From: Schmidtea polychroa
Taxonomy: Eukaryota
DNA: 64,000 nt
Assembly: GCA_044892525.1 (NCBI GenBank)
Contig: CM097885.1
Location: 41,852,001 to 41,916,000 of the forward strand
Direction: 5' to 3'
Made by a program: the position numbers and the translations under genes. This document shows, in pieces, positions 14,613-23,402 of the stretch (position 1 is the first letter of the stretch; every line of letters begins with the position of its first letter). The notes under the pieces were generated by a model that worked only from the letters and a program-made list of their open reading frames with translations, was not told where the DNA came from and did no database searches.

Positions 14613-14770
14613 CGTTTCAATATTTTTTTTTTCATATTTATGTTTAAAAAATAATTAATTAATAAAAAAATAAAATAAAATAAAATAAATAAAATAAAAT
14701 ATACAAGTACTTTATAAATATAAGATACCCACACTATTATTTTCAAATTTTTAATATTATTTTTATGTTG

Positions 14771-14852
14771 AAAAAAAACTAACCACAGTTAGGATTTGAA
14801 CCGCTATCTATTTGAACCACTGTGCCGGTCTAGCCCACTGCGCCATCAAGGT
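14771..14852 (-). ncRNA. Putative Pol III tRNA-like small RNA, unit 1
   Basis: A-box TGGCGCAGTGG (14845-14835), B-box GGTTCAAATCC (14802-14792), T8 terminator (14778-14771), internal CACAGT/ACTGTG stem. Confidence 0.72.
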
Positions 14853-15011
14853 TTGAATTTTTGTCATTTTTTAGACTATAAATAATCGATTCAAGTTAAA
14901 ACGTTTTTGATCTTAAATTTCCAAGAGTTGCCGTTGACCAATCACCTTTAAAATTTGTACAAGTACTAAATCGAGTATGCTGATCAATATTTTGTTTAAA
15001 AAAAAAATTTG

Positions 15012-15092
15012 AAAAAAAATGACCGAAATGGGATTTGAACCCATTGGTATTGGCAATGCAGTCGAGTGCTATTACCACTAAGCTATACTCAA
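15012..15092 (-). ncRNA. Putative Pol III tRNA-like small RNA, unit 2 (tRNA-Cys-like)
   Basis: A-box TAGCTTAGTGG (15085-15075), GACT-GCA, perfect T-arm ATGGG-TTCAAAT-CCCAT, T8 terminator (15019-15012). Acceptor and anticodon stems do not pair canonically. Confidence 0.75.
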
Positions 15093-15245
15093 TATGAAAT
15101 AAGTTGTTAATGTGTGACTATTTATTGATGAAATTAATAATTAATTATTCATTTTCTCGACAACTACCACTCAGATCCATCTGAAAATTTAAATATATAC
15201 TAAAATCAGTACGCTGAATCAGATTCCGTTGAAAAAAAAATATCG

Positions 15246-15327
15246 AAAAAAATTGACCAAAATCGAAAATTGAACCCGGTACTCCCGGTGATAAAATTGA
15301 AGCCTATTCCCACTCCGCTATAATGGC
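15246..15327 (-). ncRNA. Putative Pol III tRNA-like small RNA, unit 3
   Basis: A-box TAGCGGAGTGG (15320-15310), degenerate B-box GGTTCAATTTT (15276-15266), T7 at 15252-15246. Flank is homologous to unit 2. Confidence 0.6.
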
Positions 15328-15383
15328 TTACATAATATATTTAATTAATCCTATTGTGTGTGTGTAAATTTTAATATATAAAA

Positions 15384-16676
15384 ATGAATAATATAAATCT
15401 TAAAATTCAAGAAAAAAATAAATTAAATCTTGATTATAATAAAGAATTTACTCATGAAATTAAAAAAAATGATATTTTAAAAATCTCTCCAACTTCAGGA
15501 TCTATTGCAAACTTAAATCGTAGGGGTGATATAGTTTTTCAATCTCTTCAAACATCAAACCCTATAGATATTTGTAATGCCAAATTATATTATAAAATCG
15601 AATTAGAAATTGAAGCAAACAAAGATATAACCCTAGAAAATAATTTCTTTCCAAATTTATTCTCCAATATGAGATTAAAACTAGGATCATCAGAAATTGA
15701 AACTGTTTTACATCCGGGAGTATATTCTACAATGTTAAATTTTATTTTGACTGGTTGTGATTATAAAAACGAATATGGTGAATTAACAGGTTGGATTCCT
15801 GATGTTAATAAAGGGGATTTAGATAAAGATGGTTTAGATGTAAACCATGGTTACCATAAAAGAGCTGAACTTTATAAATCTAAAAAATTTGAAGGTTATT
15901 TTGAATTAAAACACTTGTTTGGATTCCTTCAAAACTATAATCGTATACTTCATAATGTTTTTATAGAATTCATCTGTAATAGAGTAGAAGGTGATAAAAG
16001 ATTGTTCTATGGAGCTGTAGATACAAAAGCTAAATTAAAATTATCAACACTTGAATTACATATACCTGAATGGACATTAAACCCACATTCTGAGATTAAA
16101 CTCCCTGAAAGATTAAATTCCAACAAGTCTATAAATGTAAATTATTTAAATAGAATCTGTAGTGAATTTAGTATGACAGAGGGTTCAACATATTCTATAA
16201 AGGTAGCAAATTTAGCATACCGACCAAGATATATCTTGATTGGATTCAAAGAAGTAGATTCATCTTTCCAAAAAAATAACAACTTGTTTATTCAAAAGAT
16301 TGGAGTTGATAATTTAAAAACAATTCAAATTCAATTAAATAGTTCTTATTATCCAATAAATAGAATGGAATTTAATATTGAAAATAATGAAAACATATTC
16401 CCATATCTAAATTATATTGAAACATGTTATGATTTCAAAGTTGAACCGCAATTAAGTTTAGAAGATTTCAAAAATTTATATTCTATATTTTGTATAAATG
16501 TTTCAGACCAAGATGATCGCCTAGCCATAAATAATGTTGATGTTACACTTCATGTAACAAAGGATTCTAATTTTAAAGCTAAAGTATATACATTAATATT
16601 AGAAGAAAAGAAAATAGAAATGAAATTATATGGTGGAAAGATTTCAATAATCGAAAATGTTAGGGGAGATTCTTGA
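15384..16676 (+). CDS. Polinton major capsid protein (double jelly-roll, hexon-like)
   Basis: 430 aa intact ORF with Polinton MCP-like motifs (P.SG..LN..GDI.F, NNFFPNLFS..RL.LG..EIE, RPRYILIGF, LN..YYP, YSIFCINVS). Confidence 0.85.
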   Translation: MNNINLKIQEKNKLNLDYNKEFTHEIKKNDILKISPTSGSIANLNRRGDIVFQSLQTSNPIDICNAKLYYKIELEIEANKDITLENNFFPNLFSNMRLKLGSSEIETVLHPGVYSTMLNFILTGCDYKNEYGELTGWIPDVNKGDLDKDGLDVNHGYHKRAELYKSKKFEGYFELKHLFGFLQNYNRILHNVFIEFICNRVEGDKRLFYGAVDTKAKLKLSTLELHIPEWTLNPHSEIKLPERLNSNKSINVNYLNRICSEFSMTEGSTYSIKVANLAYRPRYILIGFKEVDSSFQKNNNLFIQKIGVDNLKTIQIQLNSSYYPINRMEFNIENNENIFPYLNYIETCYDFKVEPQLSLEDFKNLYSIFCINVSDQDDRLAINNVDVTLHVTKDSNFKAKVYTLILEEKKIEMKLYGGKISIIENVRGDS

Positions 16677-16705
16677 TATAATCCCTGATATTTTAACATT
16701 TTAAA

Positions 16706-18133
16706 ATGTCTTTAAATAAATATTGGAGATGTGAAACTTGTAATTGTCAAGTTACAAGACATCATAAAGCAAGTCATCTTAAAACTAAAAAACATACGAG
16801 AGTTGATATTACAGGAGTTGATCTAATTCCACGAGCTGGAGGTGATTTGCAATCTTCAAAAGTGGCATCTTCAATATTAAAACCTTTTACTACAGAAAAA
16901 TATCCAGGTAAAAGACATTTATTTAAACACAACTATACTGGACCAGGAACAAGATTAGATATTAGATTAGATGAAAATAATAATCTCAAACAAGGAGAAG
17001 AACCAATAAATAGAATTGATCAAGCAGCTTTAAAACATGACATTGCATACAATTCAACAAATCTTAGAGATAGACATGTTGCAGATGTGAATTTAATACA
17101 TGATTTAAATAGTATCCAAAATCCATCAACCCAAGAAAAGATTCAAAGAGCTCTAGTTAAATTAGCAATGAAAGGTAAGATCTTTTTGGGAGCCGGAGCC
17201 ACCATAGGCTTAGGACACAGTCCGATCACCATGGGTGCAAGACTTCCTAGGAAAGCGAAAGATGTTGCTTATAAAAAGATTATCGAACAAGCAGAGATTG
17301 AAAGATCCAAGACTAGTTTACAAACCCCAACAGAATCAGAAATAAAATATGCAAAGGAATTACACCATGAATTTAGAAAAAATAAAAAATATTTAAAAGT
17401 TCAAGTACATGAAAAAGATCAAACATGGTCTGCAGATTTAGTCTTTATGCCCAAATCATCAGACCCTGAAAAATATAAAATAATTTTAACTGTAATAGAT
17501 TTATATACAAGATTTGCTTTTGCAAGATGTTTAGAAAATAAAACAGGATATTCTATTACAGAAGCATTTGAAAATATATTTGAAGAAAATCAAAGAATCC
17601 CAAAATATTTATGGTGTGATAAAGGAACAGAATTTTATAACAAAGTTTTTACAAAGTTTTTAAATGAAAATGATATTAAATTATATTCAACAGAAAACGA
17701 AGGAAAAGCAGTCGTAGTTGAAAGATTAAATAGAACATTAAAAAATAAAATGTGGAAATATTTTACTGCTATTGGAAAACAAAAATGGAACAATGAATTG
17801 TTACAAAAGATTGTAAATGAATATAATAATGATGTACATAGTTCTATAAAATTAACACCTTTAAATGCTTCCATGAAGCCTGAAACCATTAAAGTGGTAA
17901 ATATTGAAAATGATGTTAATGAAAAACCAAAGTTTAAAATTGGTGACCGAGTAAGAATATTTAAATATAAAAATAAATTTGAAAAAGGATTCACAGCAAA
18001 ATGGACAAATGAAATTTTTATTATAAATAAAATACATTATACAACTCCAATAACATATAGCATCATTGATTTAAATAATGAAAAAATATTAGGTAGATTT
18101 TATAATAATGAGTTACAGAAAACAGATTTTTAA
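16706..18133 (+). CDS. C2H2 zinc finger + parvovirus-type phospholipase A2 + retroviral-like DDE integrase fusion
   Basis: CETC..H..TKKH; HNYTGPG..NRIDQAALKHDIAY; WSADL / WCDKGTEF / VERLNRTLK; C-terminal FKIGDRVRI..KGFTAKWT. Confidence 0.93.
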   Translation: MSLNKYWRCETCNCQVTRHHKASHLKTKKHTRVDITGVDLIPRAGGDLQSSKVASSILKPFTTEKYPGKRHLFKHNYTGPGTRLDIRLDENNNLKQGEEPINRIDQAALKHDIAYNSTNLRDRHVADVNLIHDLNSIQNPSTQEKIQRALVKLAMKGKIFLGAGATIGLGHSPITMGARLPRKAKDVAYKKIIEQAEIERSKTSLQTPTESEIKYAKELHHEFRKNKKYLKVQVHEKDQTWSADLVFMPKSSDPEKYKIILTVIDLYTRFAFARCLENKTGYSITEAFENIFEENQRIPKYLWCDKGTEFYNKVFTKFLNENDIKLYSTENEGKAVVVERLNRTLKNKMWKYFTAIGKQKWNNELLQKIVNEYNNDVHSSIKLTPLNASMKPETIKVVNIENDVNEKPKFKIGDRVRIFKYKNKFEKGFTAKWTNEIFIINKIHYTTPITYSIIDLNNEKILGRFYNNELQKTDF

Positions 18134-18144
18134 GTCGACAAGCC

Positions 18145-18924
18145 CTAAAACAAACTTTTCCATATTTCAGCTTCTTCTCTATCCAAATAAATATAATTAT
18201 ATTTTTCTTTCCAATGATTATCAACAAACATATCAAACATATTCTTATCAGGTTCAACATTTGAAAATAAATCATTATAAATCATATTCTTATCACGGCG
18301 ATCTAATTTAAAAAATATAAAACAATTGGAATTATTTCTTATTGAATTTTTATCTAAAGCATAATAAGTTTGAGATATATAAATAACATTACAATTATTA
18401 TGTCTTCCTCTTGTAAAGTAACTCTTTTGAATCTCTTGATTTTTCATGTTGACAACATCATCAAATATAACTAGATTCTTTTTATCTTTAGGAAGTAAAT
18501 CACAATGTAAAACATCTTCAGGTTTATTAGAGAATAAGATCTGGATTCCATCCCCTATATAATCATTTTTATTACTAATATTTGATTCTAAAATATTTTC
18601 CTTATACCAATCAACCATATCACAAGGATGAAAAACCTCTTCGGGATATGTATGTTGATTTTTAAAAATATCAATTATAGCTTTTTTAGTTAATTTATTT
18701 TCAAATCCACATTTCAAAAGTTGTAATTCTGGTTGATTTATGGTTGTAGAATAAAAGATTAAATTATTATAATCCAAAAAACCATCTTCTAATAACATTC
18801 TCATAAGAAGAACATTCTTTCCACATCCAGAAGATCCAATAATTAAGCATCTAAAATTATCAGGAAATACTTTATTATTAAATTTAGATTTATGTCTATT
18901 TAAAATTGGTTTCCAAGTATCCAT
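18145..18924 (-). CDS. A32/FtsK-like DNA packaging ATPase
   Basis: Walker A GSSGCGKN, Walker B LVIFDD, RGRH..VIYISQ. Confidence 0.93.
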   Translation of the reverse strand: MDTWKPILNRHKSKFNNKVFPDNFRCLIIGSSGCGKNVLLMRMLLEDGFLDYNNLIFYSTTINQPELQLLKCGFENKLTKKAIIDIFKNQHTYPEEVFHPCDMVDWYKENILESNISNKNDYIGDGIQILFSNKPEDVLHCDLLPKDKKNLVIFDDVVNMKNQEIQKSYFTRGRHNNCNVIYISQTYYALDKNSIRNNSNCFIFFKLDRRDKNMIYNDLFSNVEPDKNMFDMFVDNHWKEKYNYIYLDREEAEIWKSLF

Positions 18925-18940
18925 TTTTATTTATTATAAA

Positions 18941-19510
18941 ATGACAACACAAAACCCTACAGAGGAATCTTTGCAAGAATTAATAAATTCAAATAAAAAT
19001 AAATCAGTAGTAATCTCTGGTAAAAAATATTTTATTGGAAAACATGTAAAAGAACAAGTTAAAGAACATATAGGGAGTTCCTCCAAATCCGGAGGCATTC
19101 TTCCATTAGCTGCTTTAATACCTGCAATCATTGCTGGTTTATCAGGTGCTGCTGGAATAGCTGGAGGAATTGCAACTACAGTTCAAAAAGCTAAAGAATC
19201 TCAAAAGACAGACCTAGAAAAAGAAAAACTACAAACTGAAATCGATTCAATGAAGAAGAAAGGGTCAGGGCCAGGGCAAGCTAAAGGGGGAGTGTCCGTT
19301 GGAAAGGGTCTCTATCTTGATCCTTATAAAGGTAGAGGTTTAAATGATTTTTTAAAAAATCAAATTTCTACATCTGAATCTTTATCTTCAAAAGATAAAG
19401 AAGATTTAAAAAAAATATGTAAATCTTTAAAGAATGGATGCCTTTGTAAAACTAAAAATGGTAAAGGATTATACTTGAAGCCCTTTCCAACGGATCCTTT
19501 ACCAAAATGA
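18941..19510 (+). CDS. Putative virion core/membrane-active protein (adenovirus pX-like segment)
   Basis: GG-ILPLAALIPAIIAGLSGAAGIAGG resembles the adenovirus pX C-terminal segment; repeated GKGLYL motifs. Confidence 0.6.
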   Translation: MTTQNPTEESLQELINSNKNKSVVISGKKYFIGKHVKEQVKEHIGSSSKSGGILPLAALIPAIIAGLSGAAGIAGGIATTVQKAKESQKTDLEKEKLQTEIDSMKKKGSGPGQAKGGVSVGKGLYLDPYKGRGLNDFLKNQISTSESLSSKDKEDLKKICKSLKNGCLCKTKNGKGLYLKPFPTDPLPK

Positions 19511-19532
19511 TACCATTTTTAATACCATTAAA

Positions 19533-20306
19533 ATGGTATATGAAGAAAGATTAGCACTTTTAAAAAAATTACAATCAGAACAAGATAAATATAATAAAAA
19601 AGATACAACTCAACACGCTGAATCTATAATATTAAATGAGGTAATAACACAACAACAGGGGCCAACAATTAAAGCCATAAAAGAGTTAGAAGTTTTAAAA
19701 TTTAAAGAGTTGGAAGATAAACAAGATTTAAAAGAATTACCATGGTTGGAAGATTTAAATATAAAACCTCTTATACTTGATCCTAAAATTAGAGATGATT
19801 TACCTCCTTCAATTAGACCCACATTTAATACTAATACTGAAGGATATCAAATAATAACAATTAATAAACAAAACTTTACTTTATATTCAAATTCAGAAAA
19901 TAAATCACGTATTCATTCACAAAATGTTTATAATAATGAATATTTAGACTTTGAATTTACAGATGATTTTTATAGATTACTTTGTGGATATTCTTCAGAT
20001 GATCTTGAAGAAATTAAAAAATATTTAAATTTAATAAGATTAATAAAAGTTGGTTCTAAAGCAAAATATATTCAAGATTTAAAGAATTATTTAGATAAAA
20101 ATGAAAAGGGTTATGTTGTTACAGAGGGAGAGGGATTAATTAGTGAAGGAAATCCCATCAATCTTTTTATTGAATTAAGAAAACTATTAGCTGCAAGGAA
20201 AGCAGGACATAATAATTTAGATTCTGATATTTTAAAGATTTCTAAAGATTTGTTAAAACAAGGAATAATTTCAAAAGATAAATTTAATAAGTATACGAAG
20301 TTATAA
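19533..20306 (+). CDS. Uncharacterised Polinton protein
   Basis: 257 aa intact. C-terminal GEGL..NPINLFIELRKLLAARKAGHNN resembles a motif recurrent in Polinton accessory ORFs (from recall). Confidence 0.6.
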   Translation: MVYEERLALLKKLQSEQDKYNKKDTTQHAESIILNEVITQQQGPTIKAIKELEVLKFKELEDKQDLKELPWLEDLNIKPLILDPKIRDDLPPSIRPTFNTNTEGYQIITINKQNFTLYSNSENKSRIHSQNVYNNEYLDFEFTDDFYRLLCGYSSDDLEEIKKYLNLIRLIKVGSKAKYIQDLKNYLDKNEKGYVVTEGEGLISEGNPINLFIELRKLLAARKAGHNNLDSDILKISKDLLKQGIISKDKFNKYTKL

Positions 20307-20358
20307 ATACGAAGTTATAAAATACGTAGTTTTAAAATACGAAGTTTTAAAATACAAA

Positions 20359-20826
20359 ATGACTCCTTCAATCGAATACCCCTCTATATTAGATTTTTTA
20401 AAAACATTTGGAATAAATGCAAAAACAAATTTTGATTTAAAAGATTATGCAAATTATTTAAATTTAAAAATTAAAATATTAATGAATGATGAATTATCAA
20501 GTCTGGAGAGTCCCCTGAATATAATAATCAATTATCAAAATTCAAATGAAAAAGGATCTCATTGGGTTTGTATATATAAGAAATCTATCTACTTTGATTC
20601 TTTTGGGATTAAACCTACTAAAGAAGTTGAAGATTATCTCTTGAGGGGTTCTCCGATTGATTCCCCAAATGGTTATACTTTTAACTCTTTACAAGTTCAA
20701 CCTTTGAATACTAAAATATGTGGTATTTTAAGTTTATATGTTTTGTATAGATTGAATATGGGGCATACGCAGGATTTTGAATCTATAATTCAAGAAATTT
20801 ATAATGATCTAGAATCTCTACTATAA
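20359..20826 (+). CDS. Adenain-like cysteine maturation protease
   Basis: GSHWV, YFDSFG and QVQ....ICG supply the His/Asp/Gln/Cys catalytic set. Confidence 0.92.
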   Translation: MTPSIEYPSILDFLKTFGINAKTNFDLKDYANYLNLKIKILMNDELSSLESPLNIIINYQNSNEKGSHWVCIYKKSIYFDSFGIKPTKEVEDYLLRGSPIDSPNGYTFNSLQVQPLNTKICGILSLYVLYRLNMGHTQDFESIIQEIYNDLESLL

Positions 20827-20874
20827 GGATTTTTACTATAAGGATTTTTACTATATGAATTTACTACTAAAGAA

Positions 20875-21639
20875 ATGGAGCTTCACAACCCTCCGGAAGA
20901 TAATTTAAAAAAAATGGTAAACATAATGTCAGATAAATATTCAAGAACTTTATCTATAAATTCAAAAGAATCAGAGTTTACTATAAACTTTCAAGATTCA
21001 ATTAAATTAGATCAAAATTTAAATTATGAATTGGGGCTATTATGGTTTTGTGCTTATAATACTATTTTTAATATAACTAAAGATAATAATAAATTTACTA
21101 TTCAAACTCGTGATGGGCATAAACCAGAAATTATAACAATAGAACCTGGGGCATATGAGATAAAAGATTTAAATGATATACTTTCTAAAAAAACAAATGA
21201 AGGAATTAAAATTAAAATGGATATACCAACTTCAAAATGTGTAATGACTTTGAAGAATATAAAAATTAGTTTTTTAGATAATTGTTTCTTTCACACAGTT
21301 TTAGGATTTAAACCTATGGATATAACAATAAAAGAAGATAAAATAATAACATCAGAACATATTATAAAAATAATAAATACAAGCACAATAAATATTCATT
21401 GCGATTGTATAACAGGTTCTTATAATAATGGTAAACAAACAAATGTTTTATATTCCTTTCCCTCAAACACAGTTCCTATGGGATATAAAATAGTTGAAAG
21501 AATGAATCCTCCAAATTATTTACCTTTATGTAGAAAATATATAATGGATATTAATTTTAAAATTCTTAATCAAGAAGGAGAATTGATTGATTTTAATGGA
21601 GAAGAGATTTCAGTGTATTTACATTTGAAACAGGTTTGA
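20875..21639 (+). CDS. Minor capsid protein (penton, single jelly-roll)
   Basis: IEPGAYEI.DLN, LGF, INIHCDCITGSY.NG...VLYSF, NQ.G.LIDFNGE.I...LHLK, typical of the Polinton minor capsid protein. Confidence 0.85.
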   Translation: MELHNPPEDNLKKMVNIMSDKYSRTLSINSKESEFTINFQDSIKLDQNLNYELGLLWFCAYNTIFNITKDNNKFTIQTRDGHKPEIITIEPGAYEIKDLNDILSKKTNEGIKIKMDIPTSKCVMTLKNIKISFLDNCFFHTVLGFKPMDITIKEDKIITSEHIIKIINTSTINIHCDCITGSYNNGKQTNVLYSFPSNTVPMGYKIVERMNPPNYLPLCRKYIMDINFKILNQEGELIDFNGEEISVYLHLKQV

Positions 21640-21663
21640 AGATTCATTTTAAATTATTAATAA

Positions 21664-22695
21664 ATGAGTTCTTATATTCCATGTAATAGAGGTGGTGGAA
21701 CAATAAAAACAGGGTTTAATACAGAAGAAATATTAACTTTAACAGAAAATAAATATATTAATGAAAGAGGTGATTCAATGAAGGGTGATTTAATTTTAAA
21801 TGGACACAAGATAAAAGAATTATCTTTTCCAACTGATGAAGCTGATGCAGTTAATAAGAAATATGTTGATTTAACAACAACAAGAATTGAAAGTTCATTA
21901 ACAACAAAAATGGAATCAAAGCTTAATAATATCGAACAACGATTTAATGATAAATTTGACAAGTTACAAAGTCTGTTAATCTCTAAAGATAAACAACTTA
22001 TGGATAAACAAATTATGGATAAACAACTTATGGATAAACAACTTATGGATAAACAAATTATGGATAAACAACTTATGGATAATAAATTTAATGCAATATA
22101 TAATATAATAAATGAGATGATTACATCATTTAATGCAAGACTTGTAAAATTAGAATCTCATACAACACACATTAACAGCATACACACCATTAGAAAAAGA
22201 GCTGCTGAATTAGAACAGAATAAAACATTATTAGCAAATACATATAAACATTTTATAGAACCAATTTTAATAACAACAAACAGTAAAGAATGGTCTTGTT
22301 ACATGATTGTAAAGATTATTGATCCATATTTCTTTTTATTTAATGATGATGGTGAAACAATGAAATGGTTTGTGAAATGTGATTATAATACTAAGTTTGA
22401 AAAAGGTGATGTTATAATGACTAGTTATGATTTAACACGAGGGTTTTGGCATGATAATACTCAAACAGGTAAAGCACACAAAGTTAGAAGTAAAACTATT
22501 GATTTTAAAAGCACACTTGTGCATTATATAGATTTAATATTTTATGAAAAAAAGGTTGATGTTGATGAAGTTCGTAAAGCATTATTCGAGTTGTATAAAG
22601 ATGAGCTCACAACAAGATTTTTCTATGATATACGGGTGTTGGTAGCTGATAAAGTCTTGTTGAGAGTTTCGGTTTTAATTATTCTTATTAGTTAA
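21664..22695 (+). CDS. Putative fibre/spike protein
   Basis: GD.M.GDL.LNGHKI..L..PT...DAVNKKYVD trimeric stalk/neck motif, coiled coil with (DKQ[L/I]M)x6, then a globular C-terminus. Confidence 0.6.
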   Translation: MSSYIPCNRGGGTIKTGFNTEEILTLTENKYINERGDSMKGDLILNGHKIKELSFPTDEADAVNKKYVDLTTTRIESSLTTKMESKLNNIEQRFNDKFDKLQSLLISKDKQLMDKQIMDKQLMDKQLMDKQIMDKQLMDNKFNAIYNIINEMITSFNARLVKLESHTTHINSIHTIRKRAAELEQNKTLLANTYKHFIEPILITTNSKEWSCYMIVKIIDPYFFLFNDDGETMKWFVKCDYNTKFEKGDVIMTSYDLTRGFWHDNTQTGKAHKVRSKTIDFKSTLVHYIDLIFYEKKVDVDEVRKALFELYKDELTTRFFYDIRVLVADKVLLRVSVLIILIS

Positions 22696-22733
22696 ATTCT
22701 TATTAGTTAAATTCTTATTTTAGTTTTATTAAA

Positions 22734-23324
22734 ATGGATGAGGTTCAAAAGATGGAAGAAGTAAAAAAAATTTATCCGGAGGTCAGACCCCTTCCTTCCG
22801 CTCCCACAGAACTTGAAATTATGAGAGTAAAAGAATTTAAATCAGAAACCTTACATTTACAAGATTTATTAAAGCATTATAAAAAAATTAAAAATAGATG
22901 GAATAAAGGGAATACAGTTTTAAAAGTTATAGGTTATTCTTTAGAATTTGCATCTGCAATATTAACAGTTATTTTACCCATAACTTTACCAGTTGTTACT
23001 CTTGCACCTGTAATACTTGGAAGTATTTCTGTGGCTGATGGTTTCTTAACTGAAATAGTTTCATTATCTTATACTTCTAAAAAGAAAAGTTTATATAGAG
23101 AAGTTTGTTTATCAATAGAATTAGGAATCTCTAAATTATTTTTATTTCAATTAAAAGCTTTGGAAGATGGAATCCTGACAAACGAAGAAATAATGAAATC
23201 AAATCAAATAATACAAGATATAAAGAATGAGGTTATAAGATTAAAAAGGGAGGGCATGGTGGCTAATGTTATAAGTAATAAAAAAACATCTCGAGAAAAA
23301 TGGTTAAAGAATTCTTACTTATAA
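22734..23324 (+). CDS. Putative membrane protein with PSAP motif
   Basis: 196 aa; N-terminal IYP..RPLPSAP; central ~45-aa hydrophobic stretch. Confidence 0.6.
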   Translation: MDEVQKMEEVKKIYPEVRPLPSAPTELEIMRVKEFKSETLHLQDLLKHYKKIKNRWNKGNTVLKVIGYSLEFASAILTVILPITLPVVTLAPVILGSISVADGFLTEIVSLSYTSKKKSLYREVCLSIELGISKLFLFQLKALEDGILTNEEIMKSNQIIQDIKNEVIRLKREGMVANVISNKKTSREKWLKNSYL

Positions 23325-23402
23325 AATGGGTGTATTTTTAAAAAAGTAGATCAGGTTGCTATAGTTGCTTAAATTAATTGTCGACATTTTATTATTAAAA
23401 AA

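Noticed and set aside
14771..15327. Calling the array units functional tRNAs
   Set aside because: Acceptor and anticodon stems do not pair canonically, so they are reported as tRNA-like ncRNA.
17635..21962. Antisense ORFs overlapping Polinton genes
   Set aside because: Shadow frames of real genes, with no motifs.
21988..22077. Short repeat arrays as CRISPR-like
   Set aside because: Head-to-tail repeats without unique spacers, in a eukaryotic context with no cas genes.
23326..23349. TAAAATG-initiated micro-ORF (MGVFLKK)
   Set aside because: Only 7 codons, with no supporting evidence.
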